This document shows, piece after piece, positions 14,695-27,053 of a stretch of DNA of 64,000 bases. Within the stretch, counting starts at the first letter, position 1. Every line of letters begins with the position of its first letter. The notes beneath the pieces are model-generated. The model saw only the letters and a program-made list of their open reading frames with translations, was not told the DNA's origin and ran no database searches. The translations under genes and the position numbers were made by a program. The DNA is taken from NCBI GenBank assembly GCA_964016885.1, contig OZ024759.1, positions 32,674,001-32,738,000 on the forward strand, written 5' to 3'. The stretch is from Eledone cirrhosa (Eukaryota).

Positions 14695-15158
14695 GAATAA
14701 CAAGTTATCGTTATAGGAAATCCAGTTAGAGGTTGTGAGTACTCTGCGTCGTGGATAGTTTTAACGTACGGCTTTGTTTAATTCAACAAGAGGTTTCCTT
14801 AGTTAGGTAGAGAGTTCGCGAGAATTCCTATGTAGGTTATTCTTGGAGTGATAATAGTGAAAGATTGAAGAATAACATGGTTGGCTGTACAATAAGGGGC
14901 TTTATTTCAGGTATTGACAATTGTTTCATTGATCAGGAGAGTCTAAAGGCCGCTAATCACTCGAAGTTGCGTCACTCGATCTCCAATACAGTGTTTACCT
15001 CTGAGGATTTGATCAGAGGTAAACACTGTATTGGAGATCGAGTGACGCAACTTCGAGCCATTAGCGACCTCTAGACTCTCCTGATCAATGAAACAATTGT
15101 CAATACCTGAAATAAAGCCCCTTATTGTACAGCCAACCATGTTACTCTTCATTCGTTC
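14695..15158. mobile_element. Fold-back element with a hammerhead motif (arms 14866-15004/15013-15151)
   Basis: ~139-bp inverted repeat; homologous to 42228-42551; embedded in (TA)n. Confidence 0.75.
15001..15106 (+). ncRNA. Type I hammerhead-like motif with an enlarged stem II loop (5' strand of stem I lost)
   Basis: CTGAGGA-T-TTGATCAG-[64 nt]-CTGATCAA-T-GAAAC-AATT-GTC-AATAC followed by AATAAA (15111-15116). Confidence 0.6.
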
Positions 15159-15219
15159 AATATATATATATATATATATATATATGAGTGTGTGTGTGTG
15201 TGCATATATGTATATATAC

Positions 15220-15293
<74 letters not shown>

Positions 15294-15324
15294 TGTGTGT
15301 GTGTGCATATATGTATATATACAT

Positions 15325-15358
<34 letters not shown>

Positions 15359-15566
15359 CATGTGTATGTATAATGGCAGTTCCCCAGCGTGGCCTTAGCC
15401 TGACGGCACACACACACACACACACACATGCAAGAAATCAATCACTAATTAATACAACATTTATTTGATCTACATATGTTCAATTCACCAAGGAATATTT
15501 ACACATTCCCCATGTTATTACTGCCATGACCACCACCACTGATGGCTGGATTTCATCTACTTTCAG

Positions 15567-15639
15567 GTTGTCCAAGAATATGAGCGGGCTGTAATCTTTC
15601 GACTTGGAAGACTATTGTCAGGTGGAGCCAAAGGACCAG
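15567..15639 (+). CDS. Stomatin/MEC-2-like (SPFH/band 7) gene, internal coding exon (73 nt)
   Basis: tttcag|GTT...CCAG|gtatgt; encodes [25 protein letters not shown], the classic stomatin motif. Confidence 0.95.
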
Positions 15640-15909
15640 GTATGTGGTGCCATCTATCTGCCCCCTTCCTCTCTCTCACTGCCCCTCCCTCACTCTCTCT
15701 CTCTGTCCCTGTTTGTGCACCTGTCAGCTTGCGTGAAGGGAAGGGGTTTGTTTATATCTATTCATCTGTGTTAGTATATCTCTCTCTCTCTCTCTCTCAC
15801 ACTCTCTCTCTCTCTCACACTCTCTCTCTCTCTCACTCTCTCTCTCACTCTCTCACTCTCTCTCTCACTCTCTCACTCTCTCTCACTCTCTCACTCTCTC
15901 ACTCTCTCA

Positions 15910-15952
<43 letters not shown>

Positions 15953-16029
15953 CCTCTATATATATATATATATATACCTCTATATATATATATATATATA
16001 TACCTCTATATATATATATATATATATAC

Positions 16030-16105
<76 letters not shown>

Positions 16106-16161
16106 CTATATATATATATATATATATATACCTCTATATATATATATATATATATATATAC

Positions 16162-16305
<144 letters not shown>

Positions 16306-16522
16306 CTACATATATATATACCTATATATATATATATATATATATAAGAAGCAAAGAAAATTTCAATGATACAAAAGATTACCTGGTGGAAGTTCAGGTG
16401 TACTCCGGGTTGGTATCCAGTTTCGGGGTGAAAATCCAACGAAGATGTCAACATGAATGGACATGTTATTTTTATCTTAAGACATTTTTTCCCATTTCCA
16501 CCCCGCCCTTCCCCTCATTCTT

Positions 16523-16558
16523 TCTTCTGATGAAGGACTAGCGTCCGAAACGTTAAGA
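16523..16558 (+). ncRNA. Minimal type I hammerhead ribozyme candidate
   Basis: TCTT-CTGATGA-A-GGAC-TAGC-GTCC-GAA-ACGT-T-AAGA: stem I 4 bp, stem II 4 bp, palindromic ACGT in place of stem III. Confidence 0.7.
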
Positions 16559-16649
16559 CCCTCTTCCTGCTATATCAAGCATTAACCTAATATATCTCTT
16601 CCATATACTGTACCGATTGTGTTGTTATTTCTGTTTACCTTTTACATAC

Positions 16650-16703
<54 letters not shown>

Positions 16704-16860
16704 CATCATCATCGTTTAACTTCCATGCTAGCATGGGTTAGACGGTTTTGTTCCATTTAATGTGGGAATGTTCGGGAGACCATGTCTCACTCGCACGGAA
16801 GTGTCTCTGGCAGGTTTTTACAGCTCGATGCCCTTCCTAACACCAACCACATTTAGTGTG

Positions 16861-16936
<76 letters not shown>

Positions 16937-16937
16937 G

Positions 16938-17014
<77 letters not shown>

Positions 17015-17015
17015 G

Positions 17016-17090
<75 letters not shown>

Positions 17091-17091
17091 G

Positions 17092-17236
<145 letters not shown>

Positions 17237-17365
17237 TTGTGTGTGTGTATAGATATAAGCAGGGAAAAGCGTACGTAAAATGATGTTGATATATATAATA
17301 TACATGTGTATATATATAGATGTCTATATATACATGTGTATATATATATAGCTGTCTATATATAC

Positions 17366-17427
<62 letters not shown>

Positions 17428-17449
17428 AGATTCTTTTTGTTTGTTTCAG

Positions 17450-17532
17450 GTTTATTCTGTATTATACCCTGTATTGATTCCTACAGCAAAGTTGATATGA
17501 GAACTGTATCTTTTGATGTACCACCGCAGGAG
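17450..17532 (+). CDS. Stomatin-like gene exon (83 nt)
   Basis: tttcag|GT...GAG|gtatgt; (G)[27 protein letters not shown]; phase matches the previous exon. Confidence 0.95.
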
Positions 17533-18163
17533 GTATGTAGCTCTGACTTCATTTCCACCCCTTGACCCTTCACCTCCATCTCTTGCAAGCTTCATATCAT
17601 ATCTGTCTTTCACTGGACTCTCTTTGTTTGAAATTTTAAATGAAATTACACACTGTTGTGAAATTGTAAACCTTTCATCAAATTTCTATTTAACAACCTG
17701 TGTTAAGTTATGTTCCAAATGCTAGCTAAATAATGGAAAAGTTAGTTATATTATAACATCCCGCCAAATCATTTGAAATTCACTTGCAGTGTCTTTTCAA
17801 CTTTGCCTTTCATCCTTACGGGGTCGATAAAATAAAGTACCAGTAATACACTGGGTAATTGCCGGCCTTGTGCCAAAAGTAGAAACAATTATATTTTCAT
17901 GGTAAACTCTTTACCTCACATAATTATCTCGCATATTATCGAAGCTATGAGATTTTGATATTATTTTGATGTTATTTTGATATTATTTTGATATTATTTG
18001 ATATTATTTTGATATTATTTGATATTATTTTGAGAACAATACCTTAATATCAGTATGAATGGCCAGTTACAGCCAGTTTGAAGAGAAAGAGGTGAGAGAA
18101 TTCTGGCCGGATATACGGCCGGTTTAAATGCTAAAGAGTTAAATGGTTATTTAATTTCTGCAG

Positions 18164-18367
18164 GTCCTTACCAAAGATTCAGTGACAGTTGCAGTAGATG
18201 CTGTCGTATACTTCAGGGTCCAGAATGCTACAATGTCCATTGCCAATGTAGAAGATGCTAACCGGTCCACAAGACTCTTGGCACAGACAACTCTAAGAAA
18301 TACTCTGGGTACAAAGAACCTTAGTGAGATTCTATCTGAACGAGAAAGTATCAGCCATTTGATGCAG
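18164..18367 (+). CDS. Stomatin-like gene exon (204 nt)
   Basis: ctgcag|GTC...CAG|gtcagt; VLTKDSVTVAVDAVVYFRVQNATMSIANVEDANRSTRLLAQTTLRNTLGTKNLSEILSERESISHLMQ. Confidence 0.96.
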
Positions 18368-18452
18368 GTCAGTCTTATTGCTACATCGTTGTACTATTAC
18401 ATCACCTTGTGTGTGTGTGTGTGTCTTGTCTGTGTGTGTACACATACATATC

Positions 18453-18483
<31 letters not shown>

Positions 18484-18594
18484 GTGTGTATATATATGTA
18501 TGTATATATATATATGTGTGTGTATATGTATGTATATATATATATATATATGTGTGTATCATCATCACCATATGTATATATATATATATATATT

Positions 18595-18740
18595 ATAGAA
18601 AAGGCTTCTACAGGACTAGAACTGTTTCATTCGGGAGAAATGTAGAAGCCATTTCTATATTAAATATTTATACTCTGCTATGTATTGAGTACCTTACTTA
18701 CTGTGGTTACCATCGATTGACCCCGGGATAAACTTATATA
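18595..18740 (+). mobile_element. Short element with an inverted 5' segment, same family as 26793-26989
   Basis: 18602-18641 is the reverse complement of hammerhead stem II/III; the forward copy resumes at tGTAgaagcc; its tail matches the reverse complement of 26793-26880. Confidence 0.7.
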
Positions 18741-18756
18741 TATATATATATATATT

Positions 18757-19932
18757 TGTTGACCTAGAGAAGGCCCTTGATAAGGTACCCCGATCTGACA
18801 TCTGGTGGTCCCTAAAGAAACTAGGTGTTGAGGAATGGCTTGCGAGGACTGTGCAAGCTTTGTACAGAGGTGCTGTCAGTAAAGTGAGGATAGGAATGGA
18901 GTTTAGTGAGGAATTCCAGATACAGGTAGGAGTACATCAGGGTTCAGTCCTCAGCCCACTCTTGTTCATTATAGTCCTCCAAGCCATAACAGAGGAGTTT
19001 AAGACTGGCTGCCCATGGGAACTTCTCTATGTTGAGGGTCTGGTTCTTATAGCAGAATCAGTAGAGGAGCTAGAGAATAAACAGCAGTTGGAAGCAAGAG
19101 GACTGAGAGTGAACCTAGCTAAGACAAAAGTGTTGATAAGTAGAAAAGAGGACAAAACCCTGATTCCGTCAGGGAAATAGCCATGTTCGATATGCAGAAA
19201 AGGAACTGGTATAAATTCTATAAAATGTACACAATGCAGATCCTGAGTACACAAGAGATGTAGTTGGATAGCAGGCACACTAACAGGTAGGGAGAAATAC
19301 GTATGCAGTAGATGTACAGGGAAATTAGACAGTAGAAGTCGCATTGATAGACACATTTTTCAGATGCAGGGGGGTTCTATAGAAGTGGTGGATAGCTTCC
19401 GGTACCTAGGAGATCAGATTAGCATGGGGGGAGGGTGTTCTGAGGCCATAGTATCTAGAATAAGAACGGGTTGGAAGAAGTTTAGGGAGCTGCTTCTTCC
19501 TGCGTACAACAGGCCGGTTATATGATGCCTGTTTGAGGTGCGGGATGCTGCATGGTAGTGAGACTTGGGCAGCAACTACAGAGAATATGCGACGGTGCGA
19601 GAGAAATGAAGCAAGCACGCTCCGTTGGATGTGTTGAGAGAGAAACTGTGTCTGAGAGGGATAAATTGTAGTGTGAGGGAGAGGAGACTGCGATGGTATG
19701 GACATGTAATGCACATGGGTGAAGAAGTGCCAGGAAATGCCAGTTGAAGGAAGACGTAGCAGAGGTAGACCATGAAAAACATGGGCGGAGGTGGTGAGAG
19801 CAGACCTCAGATTGCTGAAACTCACGGAGGAGATGATGAACGACCGTGACAAACGGAGAGATGCTGTGCTGAATAGGACCCGTCCCACCCTTGCAAGCAA
19901 GGAAAAGCGGACGTATGATGACGATGATGATG
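18757..19932 (+). mobile_element. Degenerate RTE LINE fragment in a stomatin intron
   Basis: FVDLEKA, VGVHQGSVLSPLLF, GLRVNLAKTKVL; in-frame stops; (GAT)n tail. Confidence 0.9.
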
Positions 19933-19938
19933 ATATAT

Positions 19939-20000
<62 letters not shown>

Positions 20001-20134
20001 GTACACATGTATGATGATGATGATGATTATATACACACACACATACACACATATATACACATCTACAATCCTACATACACAGCTACATACCTATGACTTG
20101 TATTAATTATCTTCATTATGTCTTCGTTGCTCAG

Positions 20135-20190
20135 AGTTCCCTTGATGAGGCTACAGATCCATGGGGAGTGCGAGTCGAAAGGGTTGAGGT
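20135..20190 (+). CDS. Stomatin-like gene exon (56 nt)
   Basis: ctcag|AGT...GT|gtaagt; SSLDEATDPWGVRVERVE(V). Confidence 0.94.
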
Positions 20191-20209
20191 GTAAGTACAC
20201 ACTTTTGTC

Positions 20210-20630
20210 TTTACACATCACTGTTTAGTGGTCACATATCACTGGCTTGTGTTTACACACCACTGGTTAGTGGTCACACATCACTGTTTAGTGTTTACAC
20301 ATCACTAGTTAGTGTTTACACATAACTGGCTTGTGTTTACACATCACTGGATTATAGTCACACAGCACTGGTTAGTGTTTACACACCACTGGTTAGTGGT
20401 CACACATCAGTGGTTAGCGTTTACACATCACTGGTTAGTGGTCACACATCACTGGTTAGTGTTTACACACCACTGGTTAGTGGTCACACATCAGTGGTTA
20501 GCGTTTACACATCACTGGTTAGTGGTCACAAATCACTGGTTAGCGTTTACACACCACTGGTTGTGGTCACACAGCAGTGGTTAGCATTTATACATCACTG
20601 GTTAGTGGTCACACACCACTGGTTAGTGTT
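20210..20630. repeat. 21/42-bp intronic minisatellite
   Basis: Alternating cactggttagtggtcacacat / cactggttagtgtttacacac units. Confidence 0.9.
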
Positions 20631-20777
20631 GTTATTAAATTACACCCCATCTCTCTCTGTTATCTCCCCTTACAGTAAAGATCTCTCTCTCTCATCTCTC
20701 TCTCTGTTATCTCCCTTTACAGTAAAGATCTCTCTCGCTCTCTCTCTCATCTCTCTCTCTGTTATCTCCCTTTACAG

Positions 20778-20856
20778 TAAAGATGTCCGTCTCCCTGTCC
20801 AGCTACAGAGAGCTATGGCAGCTGAGGCTGAGGCAACCCGTGAGGCAAGAGCTAAG
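20778..20856 (+). CDS. Stomatin-like gene exon (79 nt)
   Basis: ttacag|T AAA...AAG|gtaaat; KDVRLPVQLQRAMAAEAEATREARAK. Confidence 0.94.
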
Positions 20857-21343
20857 GTAAATAGTTTTACTATATTATACTCTCTCTATCTCTGTCATCT
20901 CTCTCACGTTCTCCTCTCTCCTACCCTCTCTCCTCTTTACTCTCTATCACTCCCCCTCTCTCTATCACACTCCTCTTTACTCTCTCTCCCACACACTCTC
21001 TCCTCTCTCTCCCACACACTCTCTCCTCTTTACTCTATCTCTCTCTTACACTCTCTCCTCTTTACCCTCTCTCACACACTCTCCTCTTTCTCTCCCACAC
21101 ACTCTCTCCTCTTTACTCTATCTCTCTCTTACACACTCTCCTCTTTCTCTCTCACACACACTCTCTTCTTTCTCTCTCACACTCTCTCCTCTTTACTCTC
21201 TCTCACACTCCTCTTTACCCTCTCTCTCTGTTACACACAAACACTCCTCTTTACTCTATCTCTCTCTCTCTCTCTCTCTCCCTCTATCATTCTTCTATTC
21301 ATCTCAACATCCTCATCATCTCTCGTCTCCTTCCTCGTTACAG

Positions 21344-21550
21344 GTGATTGCTGCTGAAGGTGAACAGAGAGCATCCCGTGCCCTGAAGGAGGCTGCTGAC
21401 ATTATGTGTGAATCCCCTGCATCTCTGCAACTGCGTTACCTTCAGACCCTCAACACAATCTCTGCTGAGAAGAACTCCACCATCATCTTCCCTTTACCCC
21501 TCGAAGTGTTGAGGAGCTTTATGCCAAGCTCCAACCCCAGCCATTTATAA
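21344..21550 (+). CDS. Stomatin-like gene, last coding exon
   Basis: ttacag|GTG; VIAAEGEQRASRALKEAADIMCESPASLQLRYLQTLNTISAEKNSTIIFPLPLEVLRSFMPSSNPSHL* (typical stomatin C-terminus). Confidence 0.95.
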   Translation: MIAAEGEQRASRALKEAADIMCESPASLQLRYLQTLNTISAEKNSTIIFPLPLEVLRSFMPSSNPSHL

Positions 21551-21644
21551 ACCTTTGGTCAGTGTCAGTGTCAGCATGTGGGGTGGGGCCCTGCCGTTAA
21601 ATAATCACAGGAGGAACTGGTGGAGTGTTGGAGCAGTGACAACT

Positions 21645-22530
21645 AATGTATGGATGGACTGATTGATAGATGTATGGATGGATGGACTGATTGATAGATG
21701 TATGGATGGACTGATAGATGGATATATGGATGGACTGATAGACAAATGTATGGATGGACTGATTGATAGATGTATGGATGGACTGATAGATGGATATATG
21801 GATGGACTGATAGACAAATGTATGGATGGACTGATAGACAATTGTATGGATGGACTGATTGATAGATGTATGGATGGATGGACTGATTGATAAATGTATG
21901 GATGGACTGATAGATGGATATATGGATGGACTGATAGACAAATGTATGGATGGACTGATTGATAGATGTATGGATGGATGGACTGATTGATAGATGTATG
22001 GATGGATGGACTGATTGATAAATGTATGGATGGACTGATAGAAAAATGTATGGATGGACTGATAGACAATTGTATGGATGGATGGACTGATTGATAAATA
22101 TATGGATGGACTGATTGATAAATGTATGGATGGACTGATAGACAAATGTAATGGATGGATAAACAAATGTATGGAGGGACTGATAGATAAATGTATGGAG
22201 GGACTGATAGATAAATGTATGGATGGACTGATAGATAAATGTATGGATGGACTGATAGACAAATGTATGGATGGACTGATAGACAAATGTATGGAGGGAC
22301 TGATAGATAAATGTATGGATGGACTGATAGATAAATGTATGGATGGATAAACAAATGTATGGATGGACTGATAGATAAATGTATGGAGGGACTGATAGAT
22401 AAATGTATGGATGGGCTGATAGACAAATGTATGGATGGATGGACTGATAGATAAATGTATGGATGGACTGATAGACAAATGTATGGATGGACTGATAGAT
22501 AAATGTATGGATGGACTGACGGATGGACAA
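21645..22530. repeat. Compound tetranucleotide (GATG/GACT/GATA) satellite downstream of the stomatin stop
   Basis: 24-32-nt units such as aaatgtatggatggactgatagat. Confidence 0.92.
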
Positions 22531-23209
22531 ATGTGTGAATGGACTGGACTGATTGACTAGGGTAGTGTTGACAAATGTATGGGAGGCTGGGCTGAAGTGG
22601 AATGACATGTATGGATGGACTACTGGGACAATAATGATAGATGTATGTATGGATTGATGGATAGAATGAAATGACAAATATACAGACTGACCGACTGATG
22701 GACTGGGATTGTGGAGCACTGGAGCAACGGTGGCGTAGGAGGGGCAGAACTGTACAGGGGTGTGAGAGGGAGTGGGGGTGGACGAGAAGGAAAATAATAA
22801 TTTTCTTTTTCCTCCATTTTAGTTTGGGTAATAATAACCTGCTGCGAGGTGTGGGTGGGGGAGGAATTAAGGGTCATGGGAGGGAAGGTGAGTGGGGGTG
22901 GAATAGAGTGGAAGAAATAGTCAGGGTGAGTTAGAGTTTGGAGGAGGGGTGTAAGTGTGAAAGATATTAAATATATGGTGAGAGCAATGTGAGTGAGTCT
23001 GAGTAAGATAGATAAGTGGAAAGTAGAGAGATAGATAGATAGATGGCAGATAGATGGATGGCAGTGAGAAAGAATATCTTTTTCAAAAATTTATATAAAA
23101 GAAAACGAAAATGTAAAAAAATATATATAATTGTTTTAAAATTTTGAAAAAACAAAATTGAAAAAATATAATTATCAAATTTCCTTAAAATAATATTTTA
23201 TCTTTATAA

Positions 23210-23272
<63 letters not shown>

Positions 23273-23821
23273 GCTTGATCCTTTCATTACAATATTTCTA
23301 ATGAAAGACACTGCCGATGATTTTCAAATATTTTTGAAAATAATCAAGAATTTGGAGAGGTTTAGTAATATAACTTTCTCATTTAAGTTGGTGTTTGGAA
23401 CATAACTTAACAAAGGTTCTTGCATAAAATTATGTAAAGTTTTTAGATATAAATATAAACAAACAGTTTTGTATCATAGAACCAGAGGTGGTTTTAGGTT
23501 GTTTGGTGACAAAAGGGTTAAAAATTTCAGGGCTTTTCTGCCCCAATTTTTTAGAAAGGTTAAATTTGACTTTTTTTTTCCTTTCCTTTTATCATCACAA
23601 CCACCACCACCACCACCATTTCCTACTCCTTCCACCACACCCACCATCACCACTCTGTTTTCTATCAGTTAAGGTTCTCCGGAAATTGAGTGGCAAAGGG
23701 GATTCTTTGTTATTTTTACATAATTTCTTCAAATTAATTACAAATATAACTCAATTACTTTAATTGAAACAAGTTTATAAAAAAATTTGAATATTAATAT
23801 TATTGTTATTGTTTGTTTATA

Positions 23822-24012
23822 GGGCGGTGGATTGGCAGTATCGGTAGAGGGTCGGACGCCATGCTTTGCAGCATAGAGTTACGGCCCTTTATCGTCTGAA
23901 TTCAAATTGCGCCTAGGTTAACTTTGCCTTTCATCCTTACGGGGTTGATAAAATAAGTACCAGTAATACACTGGGGTAATTGCTGGCCTTGTGCCAAAAG
24001 TAAAAACAATTA
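23822..24012 (+). mobile_element. Near-complete SINE family A copy
   Basis: gggcggtggattggcagtatcggtagag...gcctttcatccttacggggttgataaaataagtaccag...ccaaaagtaaaaacaattatt. Confidence 0.85.
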
Positions 24013-24115
24013 TTGTCATTGTTTGTTGAATTTTTTGCTTTTAATGTTTATATATATAAATATATATGTATTTTATATATATACATACATACATACACAT
24101 ATATACATACACATA

Positions 24116-24165
<50 letters not shown>

Positions 24166-24205
24166 ATATATTAATAAATGGAAACTATATTTATAAAACC
24201 ATAAT

Positions 24206-24271
24206 TATTTTATTATATATATTTCAAGGGCGACCAAGGTAAATTATGGTGCACTTTCATCAGATAAAATA
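24206..24271 (-). ncRNA. Type I hammerhead ribozyme candidate (left arm of palindrome)
   Basis: Reverse complement of 24370-24435 with one substitution in the stem II loop. Confidence 0.75.
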
Positions 24272-24369
24272 CAGATTTGTTTTATAAATATTGACATATC
24301 CAGCGAATTTCAACCGTTGAGGTTGTCTTTTTTCCAGGTATGTCAATATTTATTTATAAAACAAATCTG

Positions 24370-24435
24370 TATTTTATCTGATGAAAGTGCACCTTAATTT
24401 ACCTTGGTCGCCCTTGAAATATATATAATAAAATA
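24370..24435 (+). ncRNA. Type I hammerhead ribozyme candidate (right arm of palindrome)
   Basis: TATTTTAT-CTGATGA-AAGTGCACC...GGTCGCCCTT-GAAA-TATATA-TA-ATAAAATA; perfect 8-bp stem I. Confidence 0.75.
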
Positions 24436-25015
24436 ATTATGGTTTTATAAATATAGTTTCCATTTATTAATATATTTTATATTTACTCCACTAACTTGTT
24501 GCGTGCTTTATATCAGTTATAAAAATGTTTAAGCTTGTTGAATCCCAACAAATTAAATATAACCTCTGCATATATATATAATGTCCCACCAGAATATATT
24601 TCCAAAAACCAAAAAATTACAATTACAAGGCTGTAAGTTCAATTCCTGGCCTAGGTAGTGTATTGTGTTTGTTTTTGAACGAAAATACTTCATATTTTAT
24701 ATCGATCTTTCTGCCAGGAGTTGCCACTGGCAGATATATTAGCAATGGGAACATTGGTTCCTTGGTCTGATTTCACATTTGGCTCATTTCCTTTCTTCTG
24801 CTGGTATCAACTCCTTTAATATGGTGGTGGTGGTGTGGGTGGTAGTGATAGTGTCCTATTAGATTAAAATGAGTGAGTGAGTGTGTGTGTGTGATAGTTT
24901 CAAGAGTGTGTCGGTGTGCGTGACAGGGAAAAAACCCCTGAAATGATCGCCTTTTATAAAATTTCTGCTATATATGATAAAATATATTGTGACATGTTGG
25001 CTTTGCAAATATGTG

Positions 25016-25066
<51 letters not shown>

Positions 25067-25312
25067 TATATATATGAATATATATATATATGTGTATATG
25101 TATATATATGTATATATATATATATATATGATTATTTGTATATATATATATATATAAGGATATTTTAATATATCAATTATACATTTTAAATACATTGTAT
25201 ATAAAACATACTAAGATACAATTAAAATGCTATGTTATGCTGTATGTTATATTCATTCTACAATTTTTCATTATATGTATGTATACATAGATACATATAT
25301 ACACAAACATGC

Positions 25313-25345
<33 letters not shown>

Positions 25346-25453
25346 CATACATATATATGTATATTTATATGTATGTATGTATGTATGTATATATATATAT
25401 GTATGTGTGTATCTATATATGTATGTATGTATATATATATATGTATGTGTGTG

Positions 25454-25496
<43 letters not shown>

Positions 25497-25633
25497 GTAT
25501 ATGTATGTATGTATGTATTTATATATATATAATACGTATATGTATGTATGTATATATATATATATAATATGTATATGTATGTATGTATATATATATATAT
25601 ACGTATATGTATGTATGTATATATATATGTATG

Positions 25634-25704
<71 letters not shown>

Positions 25705-26028
25705 ATATTCTCCTGATTCTACAACTTCATCTTTGGTCATGATCCTGATGCTAGCAGCCACTCCAAGGCCTATGATATCTAATTCTACATTCATCGTGTG
25801 TTTTCTATGTTTATATATATATATATACACACATGAACATTATATATATATGTATGTATATATATATATATATTACAACAATGACATAAACAGCTACTTA
25901 AGTTTTATTGAGTTCCGAACCCTAACTCATTCAGCTTGTCACACACAAACATATATATAATGTTTGTGTATGTAAATACATATATTATAATGTTTGTGTG
26001 TATATAATATATCTTATATGTATATATT

Positions 26029-26085
<57 letters not shown>

Positions 26086-26343
26086 CGTGTATATATACAT
26101 ATAAGATATATTATGCTTGCATGAACATCTTTACAGGTAAGTTTGATAATATACATAACATGCATGTATATAAAAAAAAAATATCTACACTTGAATTGCT
26201 TCATATGAATGTATATAACATTTGTAATATCTATATATAATCATAAGTATATATCTATGTGTGTATAGATATATACATATATCTATATGTGTATATGTAT
26301 TATATATATGTATATATATATGTATTTATGTATTATATGTATG

Positions 26344-26430
<87 letters not shown>

Positions 26431-26924
26431 TATATATATACATATATATATATATATACATATATATATATGTATGTATGTGTGTGTGTGTATGTAAATC
26501 TGTTATGTCCATGTTTGTGCTTTGTAAATCATATAAATAAAGACCTTTTGCTGTCTAATTCTGTCTGTCATTTTTGGATATATATATTATATATGCATGT
26601 ATTATATATATATATATATATATATAATATAAATGTGTGTATAATATGTATATATAATATATATATATACATATTATATGCTAACCACGCACTTCAGAGA
26701 ATAATATATACACACACACACACACACATATATACCATATATACTGTATGTATTGAGTATCTTGGATACATACACACACACACATATATATAAATAAGTT
26801 TATCCCAGGTTCAATCAGGGGGTAACCACAGTAAGTAAGGTACTCAATACATAACAGAGTATAAATATTTAATGTAGAAAGGCTTCTACAGGACTAGAAC
26901 TGTTTCATTCCGGAGAAATCAGTC

Positions 26925-26977
26925 GGGCTTCCTGATGATTTCTCCGGAATGAAACAGTTCTAGTCCTGTAGAAGCCT
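26925..26977 (+). ncRNA. Type I hammerhead ribozyme candidate with a full stem III
   Basis: GGGCTTC-CTGATGA-T-TTC-TCCG-GAA-T-GAA-ACAG-TTCTAGTC-CTGT-A-GAAGCCT; GUA cleavage triplet; ATTAAA downstream. Confidence 0.72.
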
Positions 26978-26986
26978 TTCTACATT

Positions 26987-27053
<67 letters not shown>

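Noticed and set aside
21597-22719. SISPSIHL-repeat ORFs
   Set aside because: Translation of the tetranucleotide compound satellite.
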